Shown one piece after another: positions 51,825-64,000 of a DNA stretch of 64,000 bases. Origin of the DNA: Ranitomeya imitator (Eukaryota). The notes below the pieces were generated by a model that saw only the letters and a list, made by a program, of their open reading frames with translations, ran no database searches and had not been told where the DNA came from. How positions within the stretch are numbered: the stretch's first letter is position 1; each line of letters starts with the position of its first letter. A program made the position numbers and the translations under genes. The DNA is taken from assembly GCF_032444005.1 (NCBI RefSeq), contig NC_091289.1, forward strand, positions 1,612,001 to 1,676,000, in the 5' to 3' direction.

Positions 51825-54800
51825 ATAACAGCCGGTGACAGCCGTGTAGTAAGGACTGAAGCCCACAGGTGGCTCCATTGTCAGATGTTCCATCCGAGGA
51901 CACACAGCCCTTGTGTCACCTCCATTCCCAGCGGTATAACAGCCGGTAACAGCCGTGTAGTAAGGACCGAGGCCCACAGGTGGCTCCATTGTCAGATGTT
52001 CCATCCGAGGACACACAGCCCTTGTGTCACCTCCATTCCCAGCGGTATAACAGCCGGTAACAGCCGTGTAGTAAGGACCGAGGCCCACAGGTGGCTCCAT
52101 TGTCAGATGTTCCATCCGAGGACTCACAGCCCTTGTGTCACCTCCATTCCCAGCGATATAACAGCCGGTAACAGCCGTGTAGTAAGGACTGAGGCCCACA
52201 GGTGGCTCCATTGTCAGATGTTCCATCCGAGGACACACAGCCCTTGTGTCACCTCCATTCCCAGCGGTATAACAGCCGGTAACAGCCGTGTAGTAAGGAC
52301 CGAGGCCCACAGGTGGCTCCATTGTCAGATGTTCCATCCGAGGACACACAGCCCTTGTGTCACCTCCATTCCCAGCGGTATAACAGCCGGTAACAGCCGT
52401 GTAGTGAGGACTGAGGCCCACAGGTGGCTCCATTGTCAGATGTTCCATCCGAGGACACACAGCCCTTGTGTCATCTCCACTCCCAGCGGTATAACAGCCG
52501 GTGACAGCCGTGTAGTAAGGACTGAGGCCCACAGGTGGCTCCATTGTCACATGCTCCATCCGAGGACTCACAGCCCTTGTGTCACCTCCACTCCCAGCGG
52601 TATAACAGCCGGTGACAGCCGTGTAGTAAGGACTGAGGCCCACAGGTGGCTCCATTGTCAGATGTTCCATCCGAGGACACACAGCCCTTGTGTCACCTCC
52701 ACTCCCAGCGGTATAACAGCCGGTGACAGCTGTGTAGTGAGGACTGAAGCCCACAGGTGGCTCCTTTGTCAGATGCTCCATCCGAGGACTCACAGCCCTT
52801 GTGTCACCTCCATTCCCAGCGGTATAACAGCCGGTGACAGCTGTGTAGTGAGGACTGAAGCCCACAGGTGGCTCCATTGTCAGATGTTCCATCCGAGGAC
52901 ACACAGCCCTTGTGTCACCTCCATTCCCAGCAGTATAACAGCCGGTGACAGCCGTGTAGTGAGGACTGAGGCCCACAGGTGGCTCCATTGTCAGATGCAC
53001 CATCCGAGGACTCACAGCCCTTGTGTCACCTCCATTCCCAGCGGTATAACAGCCGGTGACAGCCGTGTAGTGAGGACTGAAGCCCACAGGTGGCTCCATT
53101 GTCAGATGCTCCATCCGAGGACTCACAGCCCTTGTGTCACCTCCATTCCCAGCGGTATAACAGCCGGTGACAGCCGTGTAGTGAGGACTGAAGCCCACAG
53201 GTGGCTCCTTTGTCAGATGCTCCATCCGAGGACTCACAGCCCTTGTGTCACCTCCATTCCCAGCGGTATAACAGCCGGTGACAGCTGTGTAGTGAGGACT
53301 GAAGCCCACAGGTGGCTCCATTGTCAGATGCACCATCCGAGGACACACAGCCCTTGTGTCACCTCCATTCCCAGCAGTATAACAGCCGGTGACAGCCGTG
53401 TAGTGAGGACTGAAGCCCACAGGTGGCTCCATTGTCAGATGCTCCATCCGAGGACTCACAGACCTTGTGTCACCTCCATTCCCAGCAGTATAACAGCCGG
53501 TGACAGCCGTGTAGTGAGGACTGAAGCCCACAGGTGGCTCCATTGTCAGATGCTCCATCCGAGGACACACAGCCCTTGTGTCACCTCCATTCCCAGCGGT
53601 ATAACAGCCGGTGACAGCCGTGTAGTGAGGACTGAGGCCCACAGGTGGCTCCATTGTCAGATGCTCCATCCGAGGACACACAGCCCTTGTCACCTCCATT
53701 CCCAGCAGTATAACAGCCGGTGATAGCCGTGTAGTAAGGACTGAAGCCCACAGGTGGCTCCATTGTCAGATGCTCCATCCGAGGACACACAGCCCTTGTG
53801 TCACCTCCATTCCCAGCAGTATAACAGCCGGTGACAGCCGTGTAGTGAGGACTGAAGCCCACAGGTGGCTCCATTGTCAGATGTTCCATCCGAGGACTCA
53901 CAGCCCTTGTGTCACCTCCATTCCCAGCGGTATAACAGCCGGTGACAGCCGTGTAGTAAGGACTGAAGCCCACAGGTGGCTCCATTGTCAGATGCTCCAT
54001 CCGAGGACACACAGCCCTTGTGTCACCTCCATTCCCAGCGGTATAACAGCCGGTGACAGCCGTGTAGTGAGGACTGAGGCCCACAGGTGGCTCCATTGTC
54101 AGATGTTCCATCCGAGGACACACAGCCCTTGTGTCACCTCCATTCCCAGCGGTATAACAGCCGGTGACAGCCGTGTAGTGAGGAATGAGGCCCACAGGTG
54201 GCTCCATTGTCACATGCTCCATCCGAGGACTCACAGCCCTTGTGTCACCTCCATTCCCAGCGGTATAACAGCCGGGTAACAGCCGTGTAGTGAGGACTGA
54301 AGCCCACAGGTGGCTCCATTGTCAGATGCTCCATCCGAGGACACACAGCCCTTGTCACCTCCATTCCCAGCGGTATAACAGCCGGGTAACAGCCGTGTAG
54401 TGAGGACTGAAGCCCACAGGTGGCTCCATTGTCAGATGCTCCATCCGAGGACACACAGCCCTTGTGTCACCTCCATTCCCAGCGGTATAACAGCCGGTGA
54501 CAGCCGTGTAGTGAGGACTGAAGCCCACAGGTGACTCCATTGTCAGATGCTCCATCCGAGGACACACAGCCCTTGTGTCACCTCCATTCCCAGCGGTATA
54601 ACAGCCGGTGACAGCCGTGTAGTGAGGACTGAGGCCCACAGGTGGCTCCATTGTCAGATGCTCCATCCGAGGACACACAGCCCTTGTGTCACCTCCATTC
54701 CCAGCGGTATAACAGCCGGTGACAGCCGTGTAGTGAGGACTGAGGCCCACAGGTGGCTCCATTGTCAGATGCTCCATCCGAGGACACACAGCCCTTGTCA

Positions 54801-57800
54801 CCTCCATTCCCAGCAGTATAACAGCCGGTGATAGCCGTGTAGTAAGGACTGAAGCCCACAGGTGGCTCCATTGTCAGATGCTCCATCCGAGGACACACAG
54901 CCCTTGTGTCACCTCCATTCCCAGCAGTATAACAGCCGGTGACAGCCGTGTAGTGAGGACTGAAGCCCACAGGTGGCTCCATTGTCAGATGTTCCATCCG
55001 AGGACTCACAGCCCTTGTGTCACCTCCATTCCCAGCGGTATAACAGCCGGTGACAGCCGTGTAGTAAGGACTGAAGCCCACAGGTGGCTCCATTGTCAGA
55101 TGCTCCATCCGAGGACACACAGCCCTTGTGTCACCTCCATTCCCAGCGGTATAACAGCCGGTGACAGCCGTGTAGTGAGGACTGAGGCCCACAGGTGGCT
55201 CCATTGTCAGATGTTCCATCCGAGGACACACAGCCCTTGTGTCACCTCCATTCCCAGCGGTATAACAGCCGGTGACAGCCGTGTAGTGAGGAATGAGGCC
55301 CACAGGTGGCTCCATTGTCACATGCTCCATCCGAGGACTCACAGCCCTTGTGTCACCTCCATTCCCAGCGGTATAACAGCCGGGTAACAGCCGTGTAGTG
55401 AGGACTGAAGCCCACAGGTGGCTCCATTGTCAGATGCTCCATCCGAGGACACACAGCCCTTGTCACCTCCATTCCCAGCGGTATAACAGCCGGGTAACAG
55501 CCGTGTAGTGAGGACTGAAGCCCACAGGTGGCTCCATTGTCAGATGCTCCATCCGAGGACACACAGCCCTTGTGTCACCTCCATTCCCAGCGGTATAACA
55601 GCCGGTGACAGCCGTGTAGTGAGGACTGAAGCCCACAGGTGACTCCATTGTCAGATGCTCCATCCGAGGACACACAGCCCTTGTGTCACCTCCATTCCCA
55701 GCGGTATAACAGCCGGTGACAGCCGTGTAGTGAGGACTGAGGCCCACAGGTGGCTCCATTGTCAGATGCTCCATCCGAGGACACACAGCCCTTGTGTCAC
55801 CTCCATTCCCAGCGGTATAACAGCCGGTGACAGCCGTGTAGTGAGGACTGAGGCCCACAGGTGGCTCCATTGTCAGATGCTCCGTCCGAGGACACACAGC
55901 CCTTGTCACCTCCATTCCCAGCAGTATAACAGCCGGTGACAGCCGTGTAGTAAGGACTGAGGCCCACAGGTGGCTCCATTGTCAGATGCTCAATCCGAGG
56001 ACACACAGCCCTTGTGTCACCTCCATTCCCAGCGGTATAACAGCCGGTGACAGCCGTGTAGTGAGGACTGAAGTCCACAGGTGGCTCCATTGTCAGATGC
56101 TCCATCCGAGGACTCACAGCCCTTGTGTCACCTCCATTCCCAGCGGTATAACAGCCGGTGACAGCCGTGTAGTGAGGACTGAAGCCCACAGGTGGCTCCA
56201 TTGTCAGATGTTCCATCCGAGGACTCACAGCCCTTGTGTCACCTCCATTCCCAGCGGTATAACAGCCGGTGACAGCCGTGTAGTGAGGACTGAAGCCCAC
56301 AGGTGGCTCCATTGTCAGATGCTCCATCCGAGGACACACAGCCCTTGTGTCACCTCCATTCCCAGCAGTATAACAGCCGGTGACAGCCGTGTAGTAAGGA
56401 CTGAAGCCCACAGGTGGCTCCATTGTCAGATGTTCCATCCGAGGACACACAGCCCTTGTGTCACCTCCATTCCCAGCGGTATAACAGCCGGTGACAGCCG
56501 TGTAGTGAGGACTGAAGCCCACAGGTGGCTCCATTGTCAGATGTTCCATCCGAGGACTCACAGCCCTTGTGTCACCTCCATTCCCAGCGGTATAACAGCC
56601 GGTGACAGCCGTGTAGTGAGGACTGAAGCCCACAGGTGGCTCCATTGTCAGATGTTCCATCCGAGGACTCACAGCCCTTGTGTCACCTCCATTCCCAGCG
56701 GTATAACAGCCGGTGACAGCCGTGTAGTGAGGACTGAGGCCCACAGGTGGCTCCATTGTCAGATGCTCCATCCGAGGACACACAGCCCTTGTGTCACCTC
56801 CATTCCCAGCAGTATAACAGCCGGTGACAGCCGTGTAGTAAGGACTGAAGCCCACAGGTGGCTCCATTGTCAGATGCTCCATCCGAGGACACACAGCCCT
56901 TGTGTCACCTCCATTCCCAGCGGTATAACAGCCGGTGACAGCCGTGTAGTGAGGACTGAAGCCCACAGGTGGCTCCATTGTCAGATGTTCCATCCGAGGA
57001 CTCACAGCCCTTGTGTCACCTCCATTCCCAGCGGTATAACAGCCGGTGACAGCCGTGTAGTAAGGACTGAAGCCCACAGGTGGCTCCATTGTCAGATGCT
57101 CCATCCGAGGACACACAGCCCTTGTGTCACCTCCATTCCCAGCGGTATAACAGCCGGTGACAGCCGTGTAGTGAGGACTGAGGCCCACAGGTGGCTCCAT
57201 TGTCAGATGTTCCATCCGAGGACACACAGCCCTTGTGTCACCTCCATTCCCAGCGGTATAACAGCCGGGTGACAGCCGTGTAGTGAGGACTGAAGCCCAC
57301 AGGTGGCTCCATTGTCAGATGCTCCATCCGAGGACACACAGCCCTTGTGTCACCTCCATTCCCAGCGGTATAACAGCCGGTGACAGCCGTGTAGTGAGGA
57401 CTGAAGCCCACAGGTGGCTCCATTGTCAGATGCTCCATCCGAGGACACACAGCCCTTGTGTCACCTCCATTCCCAGCGGTATAACAGCCGGTGACAGCCG
57501 TGTAGTGAGGACTGAGGCCCACAGGTGGCTCCATTGTCAGATGCTCCATCCGAGGACACACAGCCCTTGTGTCACCTCCATTCCCAGCGGTATAACAGCC
57601 GGTGACAGCCGTGTAGTGAGGACTGAAGCCCACAGGTGGCTCCATTGTCAGATGCTCCATCCGAGGACACACAGCCCTTGTGTCACCTCCATTCCCAGCG
57701 GTATAACAGCCGGTGACAGCCGTGTAGTAAGGACTGAAGCCCACAGGTGGCTCCATTGTCAGATGTTCCATCCGAGGACACACAGCCCTTGTGTCACCTC

Positions 57801-60800
57801 CACTCCCAGCGGTATAACAGCCGGTGACAGCTGTGTAGTGAGGACTGAAGCCCACAGGTGGCTCCATTGTCAGATGCTCCATCCGAGGACACACAGCCCT
57901 TGTGTCACCTCCATTCCCAGCGGTATAACAGCCGGTGACAGCCGTGTAGTGAGGACTGAGGCCCACAGGTGGCTCCATTGTCAGATGCTCCATCCGAGGA
58001 CACACAGCCCTTGTGTCACCTCCATTCCCAGCAGTATAACAGCCGGTGACAGCCGTGTAGTGAGGACTGAGGCCCACAGGTGGCTCCATTGTCAGATGCT
58101 CCGTCCGAGGACACACAGCCCTTGTGTCATCTCCACTCCCAGCGGTATAACAGCCGGTGACAGCCGTGTAGTGAGGACTGAAGCCCACAGGTGGCTCCAT
58201 TGTCAGATGTTCCATCCGAGGACTCACAGCCCTTGTGTCACCTCCACTCCCAGCGGTATAACAGCCGGTGACAGCCGTGTAGTGAGGACTGAAGCCCACA
58301 GGTGGCTCCATTGTCAGATGCTCCATCCGAGGACACACAGCCCTTGTCACCTCCATTCCCAGCGGTATAACAGCCGGGTAACAGCCGTGTAGTGAGGACT
58401 GAAGCCCACAGGTGGCTCCATTGTCAGATGCTCCATCCGAGGACACACAGCCCTTGTGTCACCTCCATTCCCAGCGGTATAACAGCCGGTGACAGCCGTG
58501 TAGTGAGGACTGAAGCCCACAGGTGACTCCATTGTCAGATGCTCCATCCGAGGACACACAGCCCTTGTGTCACCTCCATTCCCAGCGGTATAACAGCCGG
58601 TGACAGCCGTGTAGTGAGGACTGAGGCCCACAGGTGGCTCCATTGTCAGATGCTCCATCCGAGGACACACAGCCCTTGTGTCACCTCCATTCCCAGCGGT
58701 ATAACAGCCGGTGACAGCCGTGTAGTGAGGACTGAGGCCCACAGGTGGCTCCATTGTCAGATGCTCCGTCCGAGGACACACAGCCCTTGTCACCTCCATT
58801 CCCAGCAGTATAACAGCCGGTGACAGCCGTGTAGTAAGGACTGAGGCCCACAGGTGGCTCCATTGTCAGATGCTCAATCCGAGGACACACAGCCCTTGTG
58901 TCACCTCCATTCCCAGCGGTATAACAGCCGGTGACAGCCGTGTAGTGAGGACTGAAGTCCACAGGTGGCTCCATTGTCAGATGCTCCATCCGAGGACTCA
59001 CAGCCCTTGTGTCACCTCCATTCCCAGCGGTATAACAGCCGGTGACAGCCGTGTAGTGAGGACTGAAGCCCACAGGTGGCTCCATTGTCAGATGTTCCAT
59101 CCGAGGACTCACAGCCCTTGTGTCACCTCCATTCCCAGCGGTATAACAGCCGGTGACAGCCGTGTAGTGAGGACTGAAGCCCACAGGTGGCTCCATTGTC
59201 AGATGCTCCATCCGAGGACACACAGCCCTTGTGTCACCTCCATTCCCAGCAGTATAACAGCCGGTGACAGCCGTGTAGTAAGGACTGAAGCCCACAGGTG
59301 GCTCCATTGTCAGATGTTCCATCCGAGGACACACAGCCCTTGTGTCACCTCCATTCCCAGCGGTATAACAGCCGGTGACAGCCGTGTAGTGAGGACTGAA
59401 GCCCACAGGTGGCTCCATTGTCAGATGTTCCATCCGAGGACTCACAGCCCTTGTGTCACCTCCATTCCCAGCGGTATAACAGCCGGTGACAGCCGTGTAG
59501 TGAGGACTGAAGCCCACAGGTGGCTCCATTGTCAGATGTTCCATCCGAGGACTCACAGCCCTTGTGTCACCTCCATTCCCAGCGGTATAACAGCCGGTGA
59601 CAGCCGTGTAGTGAGGACTGAGGCCCACAGGTGGCTCCATTGTCAGATGCTCCATCCGAGGACACACAGCCCTTGTGTCACCTCCATTCCCAGCAGTATA
59701 ACAGCCGGTGACAGCCGTGTAGTAAGGACTGAAGCCCACAGGTGGCTCCATTGTCAGATGCTCCATCCGAGGACACACAGCCCTTGTGTCACCTCCATTC
59801 CCAGCGGTATAACAGCCGGTGACAGCCGTGTAGTGAGGACTGAAGCCCACAGGTGGCTCCATTGTCAGATGTTCCATCCGAGGACTCACAGCCCTTGTGT
59901 CACCTCCATTCCCAGCGGTATAACAGCCGGTGACAGCCGTGTAGTAAGGACTGAAGCCCACAGGTGGCTCCATTGTCAGATGCTCCATCCGAGGACACAC
60001 AGCCCTTGTGTCACCTCCATTCCCAGCGGTATAACAGCCGGTGACAGCCGTGTAGTGAGGACTGAGGCCCACAGGTGGCTCCATTGTCAGATGTTCCATC
60101 CGAGGACACACAGCCCTTGTGTCACCTCCATTCCCAGCGGTATAACAGCCGGGTGACAGCCGTGTAGTGAGGACTGAAGCCCACAGGTGGCTCCATTGTC
60201 AGATGCTCCATCCGAGGACACACAGCCCTTGTGTCACCTCCATTCCCAGCGGTATAACAGCCGGTGACAGCCGTGTAGTGAGGACTGAAGCCCACAGGTG
60301 GCTCCATTGTCAGATGCTCCATCCGAGGACACACAGCCCTTGTGTCACCTCCATTCCCAGCGGTATAACAGCCGGTGACAGCCGTGTAGTGAGGACTGAG
60401 GCCCACAGGTGGCTCCATTGTCAGATGCTCCATCCGAGGACACACAGCCCTTGTGTCACCTCCATTCCCAGCGGTATAACAGCCGGTGACAGCCGTGTAG
60501 TGAGGACTGAAGCCCACAGGTGGCTCCATTGTCAGATGCTCCATCCGAGGACACACAGCCCTTGTGTCACCTCCATTCCCAGCGGTATAACAGCCGGTGA
60601 CAGCCGTGTAGTAAGGACTGAAGCCCACAGGTGGCTCCATTGTCAGATGTTCCATCCGAGGACACACAGCCCTTGTGTCACCTCCACTCCCAGCGGTATA
60701 ACAGCCGGTGACAGCTGTGTAGTGAGGACTGAAGCCCACAGGTGGCTCCATTGTCAGATGCTCCATCCGAGGACACACAGCCCTTGTGTCACCTCCATTC

Positions 60801-62133
60801 CCAGCGGTATAACAGCCGGTGACAGCCGTGTAGTGAGGACTGAGGCCCACAGGTGGCTCCATTGTCAGATGCTCCATCCGAGGACACACAGCCCTTGTGT
60901 CACCTCCATTCCCAGCAGTATAACAGCCGGTGACAGCCGTGTAGTGAGGACTGAGGCCCACAGGTGGCTCCATTGTCAGATGCTCCGTCCGAGGACACAC
61001 AGCCCTTGTGTCATCTCCACTCCCAGCGGTATAACAGCCGGTGACAGCCGTGTAGTGAGGACTGAAGCCCACAGGTGGCTCCATTGTCAGATGTTCCATC
61101 CGAGGACTCACAGCCCTTGTGTCACCTCCACTCCCAGCGGTATAACAGCCGGTGACAGCCGTGTAGTGAGGACTGAGGCCCACAGGTGGCTCCATTGTCA
61201 GATGTTCCATCCGAGGACTCACAGCCCTTGTCACCTCCATTCCCAGCGGTATAACAGCCGGTGACAGCCGTGTAGTAAGGACTGAAGCCCACAGGTAGCT
61301 CCATTGTCAGATGCTCCATCTGAGGACACACAGCCCTTGTGTCACCTCCATTCCCAGCGGTATAACAGCCGGTGACAGCCGTGTAGTGAGGACTGAGGCC
61401 CACAGGTGGATCCATTGTCAGATGCTCCATCCGAGGACACACAGCCCTTGTGTCACCTCCATTCCCAGCGGTATAACAGCCGGTGACAGCCGTGTAGTAA
61501 GGACTGAGGCCCACAGGTGGCTCCATTGTCAGATGCTCCATCCGAGGACACACAGCCCTTGTCACCTCCATTCCCAGCAGTATAACAGCCGGTGACAGCC
61601 GTGTAGTGAGGACTGAAGCCCACAGGTGGCTCCATTGTCAGATGCTCCATCCGAGGACACAGCCCTTGTCACCTCCATTCCCAGCGGTATAACAGCCGGT
61701 GACAGCCGTGTAGTGAGGACTGAAGCCCACAGGTGGCTCCATTGTCAGATGCTCCATCCGAGGACACACAGCCCTTGTGTCACCTCCATTCCCAGCGGTA
61801 TAACAGCCGGTGACAGCCGTGTAGTGAGGACTGAAGCCCACAGGTGGCTCCATTGTCAGATGCTCCATCCGAGGACACACAGCCCTTGTGTCACCTCCAT
61901 TCCCAGCGGTATAACAGCCGGTGACAGCCGTGTAGTGAGGACTGAAGCCCACAGGTGGCTCCATTGTCAGATGCTCCATCCGAGGACACACAGCCCTTGT
62001 GTCACCTCCATTCCCAGCGGTATAACAGCCGGTGACAGCCGTGTAGTGAGGACTGAAGCCCACAGGTGGCTCCATTGTCAGATGCTCCATCCGAGGACAC
62101 ACAGCCCTTGTCACCTCCATTCCCAGCGGTATA
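51825..62133. repeat. 111-bp satellite, about 93 copies, with higher-order block duplications; terminated in the window by an LTR insertion
   Basis: 37-aa periodic ORFs on both strands; identical ORF blocks offset by 1108 and 2884 bp. Confidence 0.97.
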
Positions 62134-64000
62134 TGTCATGATCCCAATGGCAGGGGATCACTAAAGGACAAGCACAGATACAAACAAGCTCTAGGGCGAT
62201 GGAACCTGAGCTGACCGCGACCCTGAACCTAACACACAAATAAAAGTAGCCGGGGAGCGTGCCTACGATGATCGTAGACGTCTCGCTCCAGCCTAAGATC
62301 TAACTTCCCCTATTAGAAGAAACACAGACCTCTCTTGCCTCCAGAGAAATACCCCACAGAAATAGCAGCCCCCCACATATAATGACGGTGAAATGAGAGG
62401 AAAGCACATACGCAGTATAAAAACAGTTTCAGCAAAATGAGGCCCGCTAAAGCTAGATAGCAGAGGATACAAAAGTGAACTGCGCGGTCAGCAAAAAACC
62501 CTTCAAAAAACCATCCTGATATTACTTGAACTCATGTGCCAACTCATGGTACATGAGGAGCAATTTCAGCCCACTAGAGCAACCAGCAGCAAAGAATCAC
62601 ATATCTGCAGGCTGGACTAAAAACCAAATAAAGCAAAACACCAAAACAGGAAAATCCAAACTTAGCTTGACCAGAAGGTTCTAGGAGCAGGGAGCAGAGG
62701 TAACAAGACACACTGGATACATTGATAACCGGCGAGGAAATGCCAGCAAAGCCAGGTTAAATAGGAAACTCCCATATCCTGATGGAACAGGTGGAACCCA
62801 GAGACCCAGGAAAGACAAGTCACCCAGTACCATCAGTAACCACCAGAGGGAGCCCAAAAACAGAACTCACAACAGTACCCCCCCCCCTTGAGGAGGGGTC
62901 ACCGAACCCTCACGAGAACCACCAGGGCGACCAGGATGAGCCCTATGAAAAGCGCGAACCAAATCATCAGCATGAACATCCGAGGCAACCACCCAAGAAT
63001 TATCCTCCTGACCATAACCCTTCCACTTGACCAAATACTGGAGTTTCCGTCTGGAAACACGAGAATCCAAGATCTTCTCCACAACATACTCCAATTCTCC
63101 CTCCACCAGCACTGGAGCAGGAGGCTCAAGCGAAGGAACAACAGGTACCTCATACTTCCGCAACAACGACCGATGGAACACATTATGAATAGCAAACGAT
63201 GCCGGGAGATCCAAACGAAACGACACAGGGTTAAGAATTTCCAAGATCCTATAGGGACCGATGAACCGAGGCTTGAACTTAGGAGAAGAGACCTTCATAG
63301 GAACAAAACGAGAAGACAACCACACCAAGTCCCCAACAAGAAGTCGAGGACCCACGCGGCGACGGCAATTAGCAAACTGCTGAGCCTTCTCCTGGGACAA
63401 CTTCAAATTGTCCACCACATGACTCCAAATCCGATGCAACCTATCCACCACCATGTCCACTCCAGGACAATCAAAAGGTTCCACCTGACCAGAGGAAAAA
63501 CGAGGATGAAACCCCGAATTACAAAAGAAAGGAGAAACCAAGGTAGCAGAACTAGCCCGATTATTAAGGGCAAACTCGGCCAGCGGCAAAAAGGTAACCC
63601 AGTCATCCTGATCAGCAGAAACAAAACACCTTAAATAAGTTTCCAAGGTCTGATAGTTCGTTCAGTCTGGCCATTCGTCTGAGGATGGAATGCAGACGAA
63701 AAGGACAAATCAATGCCCATCTTAGCACAGAACGTCCGCCAAAATCTAGACACAAACTGGGATCCCCTGTCAGAAACGATGTTCTCAGGAATCCCATGCA
63801 AACGAACCACATTCTGAAAAAACAGAGGGACCAACTCAGAGGAGGAAGGTAACTTAGGCAAGGGTACCAGATGAACCATTTTAGAAAAGCGATCACACAC
63901 AACCCAGATGACGGACATTTTTTGAGAGACAGGGAGATCCGAAATAAAGTCCATGGAAATGTGCGTCCAAGGCCTCTTCGGGATAGGCAAAGGTGACAAC
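62134..64000 (-). mobile_element. 3' part of a second Gypsy chromovirus (3' LTR 62134-62874, PPT, chromodomain, integrase core with a 1-nt frameshift near 63650); runs off the window
   Basis: [28 protein letters not shown] integrase core; EYVVEKILD..YLVKWKGY chromodomain; LTR TGTCATG..CACAACA. Confidence 0.93.

Noticed and set aside
51825-62133. CTCF-like motif CCCACAGGTGGCTC in every 111-bp unit
   Set aside because: It mismatches two informative core positions, unlike the clean site at 29667; not supportable without a PWM scan

Overview
Eukaryotic (vertebrate) genomic DNA, almost certainly from a frog: the MST1 protein is Xenopus-like and the repeat/TE complement (T2/Kolobok-type MITEs, CR1, L2, DIRS, chromoviruses) is anuran-like. 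The species cannot be fixed from sequence alone. There are two host genes. (1) A complete 18-coding-exon mst1 gene (macrophage-stimulating protein/HGF-like) on the minus strand, CDS 29858->672. I spliced it by hand: all introns are GT-AG, 2106 nt, 701 aa, PAN + 4 kringles + catalytically dead protease domain. (2) The large first coding exon of a terf2ip (RAP1, shelterin)-like gene on the plus strand at 46690-48094 (BRCT + Myb), behind a CCAAT-rich CpG-island promoter; no C-terminal RCT exon was found in the window. Roughly 60% of the window is tandem repeat (about a dozen minisatellite families, units 20-111 bp), which explains almost all the long ORFs in the ORF track. The rest is TE-derived: an internally deleted two-LTR chromovirus in mst1 intron 7, a second chromovirus at the right edge, an 883-bp near-perfect palindromic TTAA-MITE, and CR1, L2, Tc1, DIRS and Gmr1-like Gypsy remnants. 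No CRISPR, rRNA or tRNA was seen. The best leads are the non-canonical neighbourhood and structure of the RAP1 gene, and a minisatellite core that sits next to several mst1 splice sites in both orientations and supplies one predicted branch point. These are hypotheses, not a demonstrated new system.
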